Positions 52,947-64,000 of a DNA stretch of 64,000 bases are shown here, in pieces (within the stretch, counting starts at the first letter, position 1; each line of letters begins with the position of its first letter). Location of the stretch: contig OZ024740.1 of NCBI GenBank assembly GCA_964016885.1, positions 93,930,001 to 93,994,000 of the forward strand, given 5' to 3'. This stretch comes from Eledone cirrhosa (taxonomy: Eukaryota). A program made the translations under genes and the position numbers. The notes beneath the pieces were generated by a model that was not told the origin of the DNA, did no database searches, and was given only the letters and a program-made list of their open reading frames with translations.

Positions 52947-53583
52947 ATATGTGTGTGATATATGTATGTGTGTATTTCTGCGCATGTGTATTATGAGTGT
53001 ATGTGTGTGTGCATATATGATGATATACAGAATGGAATTCAGTAATAATAACAAGAAAAACTTAGATTATGAATGTTAAAAAATATATTCCTAAAAAGAT
53101 GTATATTATTTTTTTTTATTAACTATTTGTCCGAAGAGTAGAAGTAACGCTAAAAACATATGCATATAAAAATGTTATTTTCGATAGCCATTGTTCCTCT
53201 ATAATACAAGAAACTCTGGATCTATATTCAGGTATGTTTTAGCAACATGCACACCAATGACAAGAGTAAAAATAAGTCTTATTTTAAAAAAAAAATATGT
53301 TTCATTTCATAAATTTGGGTAACATGTGAGCATCTCCACACCTTTCTCACAATATATTATGTTAAGTGAAATTGTAGTTCCAGTATGACGGTTCAGATTT
53401 AGTGTTAATAGTAAGGGCGTTCCAATTGTATCTATATTGTCTTATTTCCATTGGAGTATATATATATAACATCATTAAATATTTTAGAGTTAAATGTGTT
53501 TTGAAACGGTAAATCTGTATATGAGAGAAGTCAAGTGATAATTTAAGCAGAATAATAGAATATGAATAGTATTTTTTCGTATA

Positions 53584-53622
<39 letters not shown>

Positions 53623-53742
53623 TTAGGATAATAGGAGTTAGGTATTGCATCAACGGCATTCCTGTTTTTTTATTAACGGCATTCCTGTTTTAACGACATC
53701 ACAACTTTCTCCGCTTAGCCTGTTCCCCCCCTGTTGGAACTT

Positions 53743-53778
53743 TCCCCCGTTGATGGGCGTGAGCCCGAAATATTGGGA
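53743..53778 (+). ncRNA. Degenerate minimal hammerhead relic
   Basis: TCCC-CCGTTGA-T-GGGC GTGA GCCC-GAAA-TA-TT-GGGA; two core substitutions relative to CTGATGA. Confidence 0.45.
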
Positions 53779-53924
53779 TTAAATCTCCACTACGGTAATC
53801 CTTCTACCTTTGTTTTGTTTTCATCTTTGTCTCTCTCAATTTTCACTTTATCCTATTCTCTTATCTATCATTGACTTCCTACCTCGAGATTTCCCTCTGC
53901 ATTGTTGTGGCTTTCTAAACTACG

Positions 53925-54010
<86 letters not shown>

Positions 54011-54148
54011 ATATACATATATATATATACCCGTTTCGACGGCTAATTCTGGACTCAGAATTAGCCGTCGAAACGGCTTGAGCTCGGCCGACGGAGTCAT
54101 ACTTGTTTTCTACTACCCTAAATATTGAGTACTTTGGTGCGTTATGGC

Positions 54149-54167
54149 CAACTAGAAATTGATTGAC

Positions 54168-54200
<33 letters not shown>

Positions 54201-54260
54201 AAGAAAGAGAATAGAGAGAGAGAGAGTGAGAAAGTGAGAGAGAGAGAGAGATAGGTAGAG

Positions 54261-54320
<60 letters not shown>

Positions 54321-54455
54321 TGAGAGAGAGAGAGAGAGATGAAATAGATAATACAACTGGATTCTTATTTTAAAAAAAATATAAATATATTTTATTGGAA
54401 CCAAATAAATATATATATATTTTTTTTTTATAAGACTCCAGTTGCATTTTCTATT

Positions 54456-54535
<80 letters not shown>

Positions 54536-54656
54536 CTATCTCTCTCTCTCACTCTCCATATCTCTCTTTCTCTCTCTCCCTCTCTATCTCTCTCTCTCTC
54601 TCTCTCTCTACATATATATATATATATATATATATATGTCAATCAATTTCTAGTTG
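54149..54656. repeat. Microsatellite-rich fold-back palindrome (~250-bp arms, centre ~54400)
   Basis: CAACTAGAAATTGATTGACA-(TA)(GA)-GATGAAATAGA..CAACTGGA is mirrored by TCCAGTTG..TCTATTTCATC-(TC)(TA)-TGTCAATCAATTTCTAGTTG. Confidence 0.85.
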
Positions 54657-54857
54657 ATATAAATGCTCGTATCTACTCATTGGATTCTTGAGCATATTCT
54701 ACGGTGGATATAGTGCATGTGGATATAAGGCTAGAGAAGATGTATGCTATAAAATTGAGGCTTGTTTGCACACTTGCAAACGAATCGAATGATATTATTA
54801 ATACTTGAAAAACTAAGATTACATTTATTGTATTCAGCCATGTAGAGCGCAAATCTT

Positions 54858-54890
<33 letters not shown>

Positions 54891-54893
<3 letters not shown>

Positions 54894-56530
54894 CGTTACT
54901 GAATTTGTTTAGCAAGATTCTTTATCTGAAATCGTGTGTTGAAACCGATATTGTTATAATTTGGGAGGGTCATGTTGCCAATAAGAAACACACGCACCAG
55001 AAGTTTCACTTCAATTTATTATAATACATTTATAAATTTAGGAATTTATAAATTTCTGGTTGGTTGGTTGGTTCCACAACCAGATAGTTGTTTATATATT
55101 GTCAAAGTTCTTTCGTCACACATTATGTGACCTCTTCAGTGACTGGGGATTCTTTTTTTCGTTTGTGTGCCTCTACTTTGTTCTGTCTTACGCCATTTTG
55201 TTTCTGTGTGTGTGTTGTGTGCTCAGTCTGCGCATGCGCCACATCCGGGTGTCTGTGTGTGTTTATATTTGTTTATTTATTTGTTTATTTACATGTTACC
55301 GGTTGTTTGTTTGTTCTATGTGTGTGTGTGTTTTCATTTTGTCCTTAATTGTAAGGTGTGATGTTGCTGTTCCACTCATATTTTCTATTTAATTTTGGTT
55401 GTAATTCGTTTATGTTTATTGCCTCTGTGATTTGTCTAAACATTGCGTCTTTTCTGTGTGTAGATTCTATTTTTATTTCTATGTTCTCTAATTTGCCCTT
55501 ATGTTCTATTTTAGCATGTTGGTAGAGTACAGATGATTATTTACTATCTTGAAGGTCTCGCCAGTGTTCATTTATCCGTTCCCCTACACTACGAGCTGTC
55601 TCACCTATGTACACTATATTTTTGTCTCTACATTGTCCTTCAGTGCATGTTATGCTATACACTACATTTCTAGTTTTACAGTTAATATGGGGGCTTATTT
55701 TACAGGTTATACATTTCTTATCTATACAGGGGAGTCTTTGGAAAGGGTATGACTTGCTAATAAGTGTTTTTACGGAGGTACCTGGTCTTTCTACTAACTT
55801 AATATTGAGTTTATGTTTATCTAGTGCCCTTCTAAATGTGTAAGCTAATCCACCTCTAGGGGTTGTATCGTTGAACATTACACTCTGGTATTTATTGCTA
55901 TCATACCATGAGTTTACTCTATTAGCCTTATTCCTAGTTCCTTCTATTATATTCCAAAATTTGCTCCTATACAGGGGGCAGGTCCCATTTGTGTCATTAC
56001 TTACCATTTTTTCCCATTTGGTTCTGGCTCCTCTATACACTCTGATTCTATCTCTCTGATTGTAACCAGAGAACTGCATACGGTGGATGAAGTGTTGTAT
56101 GTGTATCTCTAGTTCTTCGGGGTTGCACATGCGGGACACGTTTCTCATCACCCGTACCAAATCCGCAATCAGTATGTTAATTTTGGTATGGTCCGATACA
56201 GCCGAGTTTCGGTGGATCAGATGTTTGGAATTCATTCATTTGGCATAATGGGAATGGAGGATTTGTTTTTTGTTATTAATGGTATCGAACCAGAGCTCTG
56301 TGTCTAGTACAGGTAATCGATGGTTGGGGTGTTTACTTGAGTAGTCTATAGTATCTCTAATACTCTGGTGGATGGAGTTAGCTATTTGCTGGATGCTTTC
56401 CATTGTGTTTTTCTCTAGTTCCCGACTGTTTTCTAGTGGGGGTGTCTTAACTACGATGTTTATATCGTCAACGTTGCGGGAGTACATTATCAGGGTTAAG
56501 GGGTCTTCTAATTGTTCTTTAAGTTTATTT
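54891..56530 (-). mobile_element. Penelope-like element, 5'-truncated (RT C-terminus, GIY-YIG, terminal repeat)
   Basis: YSRNVDDI, LPVLD, C..C..C..C, NVVYSITC, YIGETARSVGERINEH (ORFs 55537-56487). An empty-site paralog at ~61805 defines the ends. Confidence 0.9.
55101..55143 (-). ncRNA. Minimal type I hammerhead in the PLE terminal repeat
   Basis: Reverse complement GTCA-CTGAAGA-G-GTCACA TAATG TGTGAC-GAAA-GAAC-TT-TGAC. Confidence 0.7.
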
Positions 56531-57202
56531 ATTAAAATAACAGATTAAAGTTTAAGCAAAGAATCGCTGCTTTCAACCATAACGGGATATTCTGAAACTA
56601 ACAAAGTCAATATGTAAACACAGAAGTGGATATTTCAAAAAACGTTGCAACCGGAGGAAGACAGGAAGACGATACTTTGGTTCGTGTAAACGTTTCCTGG
56701 CAAAGAACCGGAAAAAACGAATTTTATACGTCATTAATAGGAGCGGTGAAAAACTATTACGCGCAAAGACAGAAACACGTTTATGGTATAAAAGAAGTTG
56801 TAGACTAATGTTCTCTTAGGTGGTTCATAGAGACGTTCTCTGGCAATGAACGGAAAAAAACGAAGATAATACGTCATATGTGGAGCGTTGACAACAATTT
56901 CACGCAAAGACAAAACCACGTAAATGGTGTAGCTGAAGTCGTAGACTAAAATTCTAACTAGGAAACCGAATGAATCTCCGCTTCAGAGTTAAGAATAAAG
57001 TATATTAACGGCTGAGCAGCCAAATTTGCATATCGAGTGAGTTAGTCGGCCGGGCGTGTACCGAAAACGATAAATGGAAAAAAATTAAATAAAATGTCAT
57101 TTCTCACTCTTAGTACGGCTGTTACTTAAATGTAAGTATGTATACATACATACATATATATATATACAGACGTACAGTAGTATATATATATATACATACA
57201 GG

Positions 57203-57301
<99 letters not shown>

Positions 57302-57706
57302 GGGTTTACCGAACATTTATTACAATGTTCGGTTTGTTTGTAAACAAACAGCCCGAATTAAGCCGTACGATGTTCGGACACCTTCGTTGCTCATTTGTTC
57401 AACACTGACAAAGGAACGATTAACTAGTTTCAAGGTTATTAGCTATCATCACCATCGTATACACTCCTGTCAGATGTTTGAACGTTTGAAAGTATATATT
57501 TCCTTAGGCATATTAAAGGCTGAGCAGCCTAATTTGCATATGGAGTGAATAAGTCGGCCGGGCGTACGGAATTAAGATAAATGGAAAAGAATGAAATAAA
57601 ATGTAATTTCTCACTCTTAGTACGGCTGTTACTTAAATGTAAGTATGTATACGTACACACATATATGTATACTGACGTACAGTAGTATGTCTATATATAC
57701 ATACAG

Positions 57707-57739
<33 letters not shown>

Positions 57740-58499
57740 CTTATGGGTTTAACGAACATTTATTATAATGTACGGTTTGTTTGTAAACAAACAGCGTGAA
57801 TTAAGCCGTACAATGTTCGCACACGTTCGTTGCTCATTTGTTCAACACTGACAAAGGAATAATGAATTAGTTTCAAGGTTATTATCTGTCGTCAGCATCG
57901 TATATCCTCCTGTCAGATGATTGAACGTTTGTAAGTATATACTTTACTCATGTATATTAACGGCTGGTCAGCCTAATTTGCTTATCGAGTGAGTTAGTCG
58001 GATGGGCTTATCGAAAACGATAAGTGGAAAAGAAAGAAATGAAATGAAATTTCTCACACTTAGTACGGCTGATACTAAAATGTAATTATGTATACGTACA
58101 TGCATATATGTATATAGACGTACAGTAGTATGTATATACATACAGACACTCATTTATATATATATATATGTTGGGTGCGGATGCATTCATGTATATATGT
58201 GTGTGTCCGCATGTATCTGTGTGTTTATAAATATATTAATAACTCCCTCTGGTCGAGCAATCTTTGAAGTGTGGGGACAACTGGAAAGTTTCCATTACTC
58301 ATACTTCTCGCCTTCTTCACTACCTCTTCTGCGGCCTCGATATGAATACCCCCTCCGCCTCCGTGGTATTTTCTTCGTGGTTATAAGAGGCTTAGCTCTG
58401 TTTCTCGACCGTTATATCGCGTGACTATCTCCCCCTCCGCCTTTTGGGATTCTTTCTCACGTCGTGTAGACGCGTTCTTGAGACTAGTAAAATGAGGTA

Positions 58500-58587
58500 T
58501 CCTCTTGATAAGTCGGCAGACCTCGCAAGGACTCTATATCTTTGATATATTGTTTTTGTTTATGCCACGAAACTACGTAGTCGAGGA
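58500..58587 (+). ncRNA. Type I hammerhead ribozyme, U3-A8 variant (unit 1)
   Basis: Stem I TCCTC/GAGGA, core TTGATAA 58505-11, stem II GT(C)GGCA/TGCCAC, GAAA 58569-72, palindromic stem III CTACGTAG, GUC site after 58582. Confidence 0.8.
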
Positions 58588-59090
58588 ATTTAGGAGCAGT
58601 TTAGGTATGATACATTTTATTACTAATTATATCTAAATGTTTCTTCTCTCTTCATAATGTATTTTTAACTCTGATACTGGTTCAGTCTGGTTCAAACTGA
58701 ATTGGTCTGTCCCAGTCATTCATTGAGCAACATCGGTGAAGTTGGCACCCTTAACTCACAGTTGGGTGCGGATGCATTCATTTATATATGTGTGTGTCCG
58801 CATGTATCTGTGTGTTTATAAATATATTAATAACTCCCTCTGGTCGAGCAATCTTTGAAGTGTGGGGACAACTGGAAAGCTTCCATTACTCATACTTCTC
58901 GCCTTCTTCACTACCTCTTCTGCGGCCTCGATATGAATACCCCCTCCGCCTCCGTGGTATTTTCTTCGTGGTTATAAGAGGCTTAGCTCTGTTTCTCGAC
59001 AGTTATATCGCGTGACTATCTCCCCCTCCGCCTTTTGGGATTATTTCTCACGTCGTGTAGACGCGTTCTTGAGACTAGTAAAATGAGGTA

Positions 59091-59178
59091 TCCTCTTGAT
59101 AAGTCGGCAGACCTCGCAAGGACTCTATATCTTTGATATATTGTTTTTGTTTATGCCACGAAACTACGTAGTCGAGGA
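59091..59178 (+). ncRNA. Type I hammerhead ribozyme, U3-A8 variant (unit 2)
   Basis: Same motif 591 bp downstream; cleavage predicted after 59173. Confidence 0.8.
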
Positions 59179-59407
59179 ATTTAGGAGCAGTTTAGGTATG
59201 ATACATTTTATTACTAATTATATCTAAATGTTTCTTCTCCCTTCATAATGTATTTTTAACTCTGATACTGGTTCAGTCTGGTTCAATCTGAATTGGTCTG
59301 TCCCAGTCATTCATTGAGCAACATCGGTGAAGTTGGCACCCTTAACTCACAGTTGGGTGCGGATGCATTCATGTATATATGTGTGTGTCCGCATGTATCT
59401 GTGTGTT

Positions 59408-59456
<49 letters not shown>

Positions 59457-59828
59457 GTATCGATATACCTAACACCGAATCAAGCCGGACAGTATTCAGC
59501 AACCATCGTTGCTCTTTTGTTCAACACTGACAGAGGAAAGATGAACTAATTTCAAGCTTATTAGCTATCATCATAATCGTATACCCTCATGTCAGATGAT
59601 TGAACGTTTGAAAGTATATACTTTCCTCATGCATATTAACGGCTGAGCAGCCTAATTTGCATATCGAGTGAGTTTGTCAGCCGGGCGTACCGAAAACGAT
59701 AAATGGAAAAAAAATGAAATAACATTTTATTTCTCACTCTCAGTACGTCTGTTACATAAATGTAAGTATGTATACGTACATACATATATGTATAATGACG
59801 TACAGTAGTATGTATATGTATACATACA

Positions 59829-59884
<56 letters not shown>

Positions 59885-61448
59885 CGTATGGGTTTTACCG
59901 AAAACGATAAGTGGAAAAGAAAGAAATGAAATGAAATTTCTCACTTTTAGTACGGCTGATACTTAAATCTAGGTATATATATATATACATAGAGGCACAC
60001 ACATACACACACAGTATATCTTAGTTATTTGTCCTATTCTTTTAAAGTTTTATCTTAGTTTCTTGTCCTGTATTTTTAAAGGTTTATATTCCAACAATAT
60101 TAGCTTTTTTTGCTGTACGCATTTTTCTATCTGGTCTACTATTTTTTAAGGCAATGCAAGCAACAACTATCTAATAATTAAATGATCATAGTGAATTATT
60201 GACAGGTGATTGACATTTTAAAGTTCTTTTGAGTATAATTGCAATCTAGTTGAGACAACTGGCTTAATGACAAAGCTAGTAAATCATGAATGCATTTGAG
60301 ATGATTAGTGCATAATAGTGAATTGGTGAAACTTGTGCATTTCAATGGTGTTACAACAATATATGTAAGTTATATAGTAGTAATACTTTATCTTTTTAAC
60401 TTTTTTGAATGGACAAAAACCCATGCAAAGAAATGACTTTGACGGCAGTGATTCTCTCCAATTTACTTACAAAGCAAAACGTGGTCAAATACCTTATCAT
60501 CTCTGATAAAATGCCCATTGAATCACTGAAAATCGGATGCATGGAATTCCTCATAAAATGCGCCTATGAATCGGAAGCCATCACATATATCAATGGATAT
60601 AGGGAGTTGTTCACACTGGATGACCATCACTTCATTTGTGACTTCATTAGTTATCTCCACGATTATCTCTGACACCAATGCCATTGATGAGAGGTGATCC
60701 AATGTGTGAGCATGTAACTAATCTTATAGAAGTTGTTATCGACCACCTGGCTTTTAGAGACATTTGACTGATTTGACTGATAATGTTGTATTTTTAAAAA
60801 GTATGTGTACATTCTTGTTACTATTTTAAGGCAATGCAAGCAACAACTATTTAATAAAATTTAAATTTAAAAATGACCATTGTGCATTACTAGTCACAAA
60901 ATTAGTCTGTCAGTCATAGAACAAGGATCAGGTGGCAACAAATTTGGCAAAAATGTGTGTCAATTTAAGATTTCCAACATTGTTCAAATGAATCATATCT
61001 GGTTTGAAGTCGGATTTGTCAAATTTTGCCCAATTTTCAATGTTGTGAAGATTGGGCAAGTTCAATTTTTGAATCATTTCTTTCATGCAGTAATTAAACT
61101 TTTCCAAACGTCGTCATTTCTGGATTACCTCCCCTAGCGTCACGCTTACTACTCACTCACTTGAACACAAGATTTATCAGCAAACTTTGATTATAAACGT
61201 TTTCCCGCTGGACCAAATTTCTAGATGTTTAAGACAAAAGATGCGTAATGATCTACTGTTCATGCTCATATAAGTTTTATCTCAGTTAAATAAAGTAGTG
61301 CCGCGATTTACTGTCGTAAACAGACGATTGCCAACGAAAACACGACCACAACAATATTACTAAACGGACTACAGTCCGTTTAGGATATATAGTAATAATA
61401 ATAAGTTTCAAGACTAAAATCCAAAGAGGGCTCGTTCAATTGTTCTCC

Positions 61449-62195
61449 ACGCTCCACATATGACGTATTATCTTCGTTTTTTCCGTTCATTGCCAGAGAA
61501 CGTCTCTATGAACCACCTAAGAGAACATTAGTCTACAACTTCTTTCATACCATAAATCTGGTTCTGTCTTTGCGCGTAATTGTTTTTCACCGCTCCTATT
61601 AATGACGTATTATATTCGGTTGTTCCCGTTCTTTGCCAGAGAACGTTTCCACGAACCAAAGTATCGTCTTCTTGTCTTCCCCCGGTTGCAACGTTTTTTG
61701 AAATATCCACTTCTGCATTTACAGATTGACTTTGTTAGTTTCAGAAGATCCCGTGAAGGGTGAAAGCAGCGATTCTTTGCTTAAACATTAATCTGTTATT
61801 TTAATATATATATATATAAAAGAAAGATTTGCGCTCTACATGGCTGATACAATAAATGTAATCTGAGATTTTCAAATATTAATAATATCATTCGATTCGT
61901 TTGCAAGTATGCAAACAAGCCTCAATTTTATAGCATATATCTTCACTAGCGCTATATCCACATGCACTATATCCACCGTAGAATATGCTCAAAGATTCCA
62001 ATGAGTAGATCCGAGCATTTATATCAACTAGAAATTGATTGACATATATATATATATATATAGATATGTTTCTTTTATTTGCCACCAGGGCATCAAAAGT
62101 GGGACAAGAGAGAGAGAGAGAGAGACAAAAAGAGATAGAGAGAGCGAGGGAGAGAGAGAGAGAGAGAGAGAAATAGAGATAGAGAGAGAGAGAGG

Positions 62196-62272
<77 letters not shown>

Positions 62273-62378
62273 AATAGAAAATGCAACTGGAGTCTTATTT
62301 TAAAAAATATATATATATTTATTTGGTTCCAAATAAATATATATATATTTTTTAATATAAGACTCCAGTTGCATTTTC
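61449..62378 (-). repeat. Inverted duplicate of ~54340-54870 plus 56531-56887, lacking the Penelope insertion
   Basis: ORF pair 56626-56808 (+) and 61528-61710 (-) are near identical. The junction CTGTTATTTTAA-(TA)n-AAAGAAAGATTTGCGCTC joins the two flanks. Confidence 0.88.
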
Positions 62379-63108
62379 GAACTTATCTTTTTTTTCTCTA
62401 AACTTTCACTCGTGTAGGACACCTCCGTTATTTTTCATTTATAATCAGATATAATCAGATATGATCAGAAGGGATTATCCATAGTTTTGAACACTATGCA
62501 TATCCCCTTTCAGAAACTAGTTAGTTGGAGTGAAACTTAAGTAAGTAAGTTAATCACTATCATTTTCTTGTTTTACGTCTTTCATATAAGTGTTCTACAT
62601 TCTAGTATTGAACCACAAAGTTACTAAACCTATATCTTGCTAGCATAAGTATACATCCGTATAAATATGTTGGTAGACATACTAATTCTTTATTTATAAT
62701 ATAAATAGCTAGACCCACACCACTCCCACAATTGAAATAACTATTTCGGCCGCCTACCTCTGCTTGAGCGACCCCATTTCACGCGCACGCGCGCTCTGCT
62801 GAAGGCCTCAGATATTCAAAACAACGAACAGCGGAGGACACGTTTCGCATCTTTCGACAGACAACCCCCAATGATTGAACATTTGAAAGTATATACTTTC
62901 CTTAGGCATATTAACGGCTGAGCAGCCTAATTTGCATATCGATTGAGTTAGTCGGCCGGGCGTACCAAAAACGATAAATGGAAAAGAATGAAATAAAATG
63001 AAATGTCTCACTCTTAGTACGGCTGATACTTAAATGTAAGTATGAATACGTACATACATATATCTATACAGACGTAAATTAGTATGTATATATATATATC
63101 CATACAGG

Positions 63109-63161
<53 letters not shown>

Positions 63162-63163
<2 letters not shown>

Positions 63164-63558
63164 TGGCTGCCAACTCGTTTCCGAGTACGGCCACTACTTT
63201 ATATCCATGTAGGAGAACCCCTACCGATGCGCGGAACGAGTGACTTTTTAGTCCAGCCAGCGACTTGAAAACTCTCGTACAAACACTATACTTGTGACAA
63301 TTATTGGCACATAGTGCTGGGCCCATAGTATCATGTGACGACAAGTGTAGAGAGATCTCCAGATATAAAGCAATGCCTGTGCCGTGAAGCTTTTATAGTG
63401 AGCAAAGGCACTGCACAAAGCCAGTCCCACTCTCTTAACCAAGATGATATTTACCAAAAAGAAGAACAAGTCAACATCATTGGATACCATCAGGGTTGCA
63501 GGTGTTATATCAGAGTTTTCCTTCTCCTAGAATTCTGCCTTGACAAAGGCTAAGGGGT
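63162..63558 (-). mobile_element. LINE (RTE-like) 3' fragment inserted in a TA run
   Basis: Degenerate C-terminal zinc finger VCTRVFKSLAGLKSH; TA runs on both flanks. Confidence 0.55.
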
Positions 63559-64000
63559 CATATATATATGTACGTATGGGTTTACCGAACATTTATTATA
63601 ATGTCCGGTTTGTTTGTAAACAAACAGCTCGAATTAAGCCGTATAATGTTCGGACACCTTTCTTTCTCATTTGTTCAACACGGACAAAGGAACGATGAAC
63701 TAGTTTCAATGTTATTAGCTATCGTCAGCATCGTATACCCTCCTGTCGAATGATTGAACGTTTGAAAGTATATACTTTCCTCATGTATATTAACGGCTGA
63801 TCACCCTAATTTGCATATCGAGTGAGTTAGTCGATAAATGGAAAAGAAAGAAAGGAACATTTTTTTATCACACTCTTAGTAACTACAAAGCTCCGGATTG
63901 ATTTACAACAACATCCTAATTTTCTTATCAACTAAAAATGTTTCGGACTTTCGCAGTTATCGGCCTTACACCTCTCGCATGCATTTTAGTATTGCCTGTG

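Larger units (their letters stand above)
58170..59414 (+). mobile_element. 591-bp non-coding tandem repeat (2.1 units) with one hammerhead per unit; candidate retrozyme or tandem PLE terminal repeat
   Basis: Units start GTTGGGTGCGG at 58170, 58761 and 59352 and are near identical. (TA)n on both flanks. Confidence 0.8.
57003..59970. repeat. ~450-500 bp tandem repeat with embedded (TA)n; further units at 62870-63160 and 63560-63880
   Basis: TTAACGGCTGAGCAGCCTAATTTGCATATCGAGTGAGTTAGTCGG-like block recurs at about 57005, 57513, 57957, 59636, 62911 and 63790. Confidence 0.85.

Noticed and set aside
53180-53240. Possible host micro-exon (TAG..CAG/GTATGT), also a donor near 19660
   Set aside because: Splice-like signals alone, with no recognisable protein; needs RNA-seq.
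58686-58700. Pol III B-box-like GGTTCAAAC in the 591-bp unit
   Set aside because: Imperfect match, no clear A box, and the unit has T5 runs that would terminate Pol III.
60409-60672. 87-aa ORF between short direct repeats (near 60137 and 60818)
   Set aside because: No recognisable motif on either strand.
62830-62870. GAAACGTGTC half-hammerhead on -
   Set aside because: No CTGANGA core upstream.

Overview
AT-rich eukaryotic repeat DNA with no supportable host gene. An octopus-like cephalopod source is inferred from the tRNA/Nin-Deu-type SINE and abundant (TA)n, (GA)n and (ATT)n microsatellites. Bases 1-13.7 kb and 20.7-47.2 kb are end-to-end trains of non-LTR retrotransposons separated by (ATT)n runs: five Tx1/L1-clade elements (APE, RT, zf-RVT), all on +, and five R4/Dong-like elements (RT, CCHC, restriction-like endonuclease), all on -. 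Two copies are nearly intact. The rest holds Penelope-like (PLE) fragments, older LINE relics, a ~450-500 bp tandem repeat and several fold-back palindromes. The signal least explained by the ORF track is a set of type I hammerhead ribozyme motifs. The best is a non-coding 591-bp tandem repeat (58170-59414) with one complete hammerhead per unit carrying the U3-A8 covariant core, a candidate retrozyme/circular-RNA-producing element. All calls were made by eye; no alignments, folding or searches were run.
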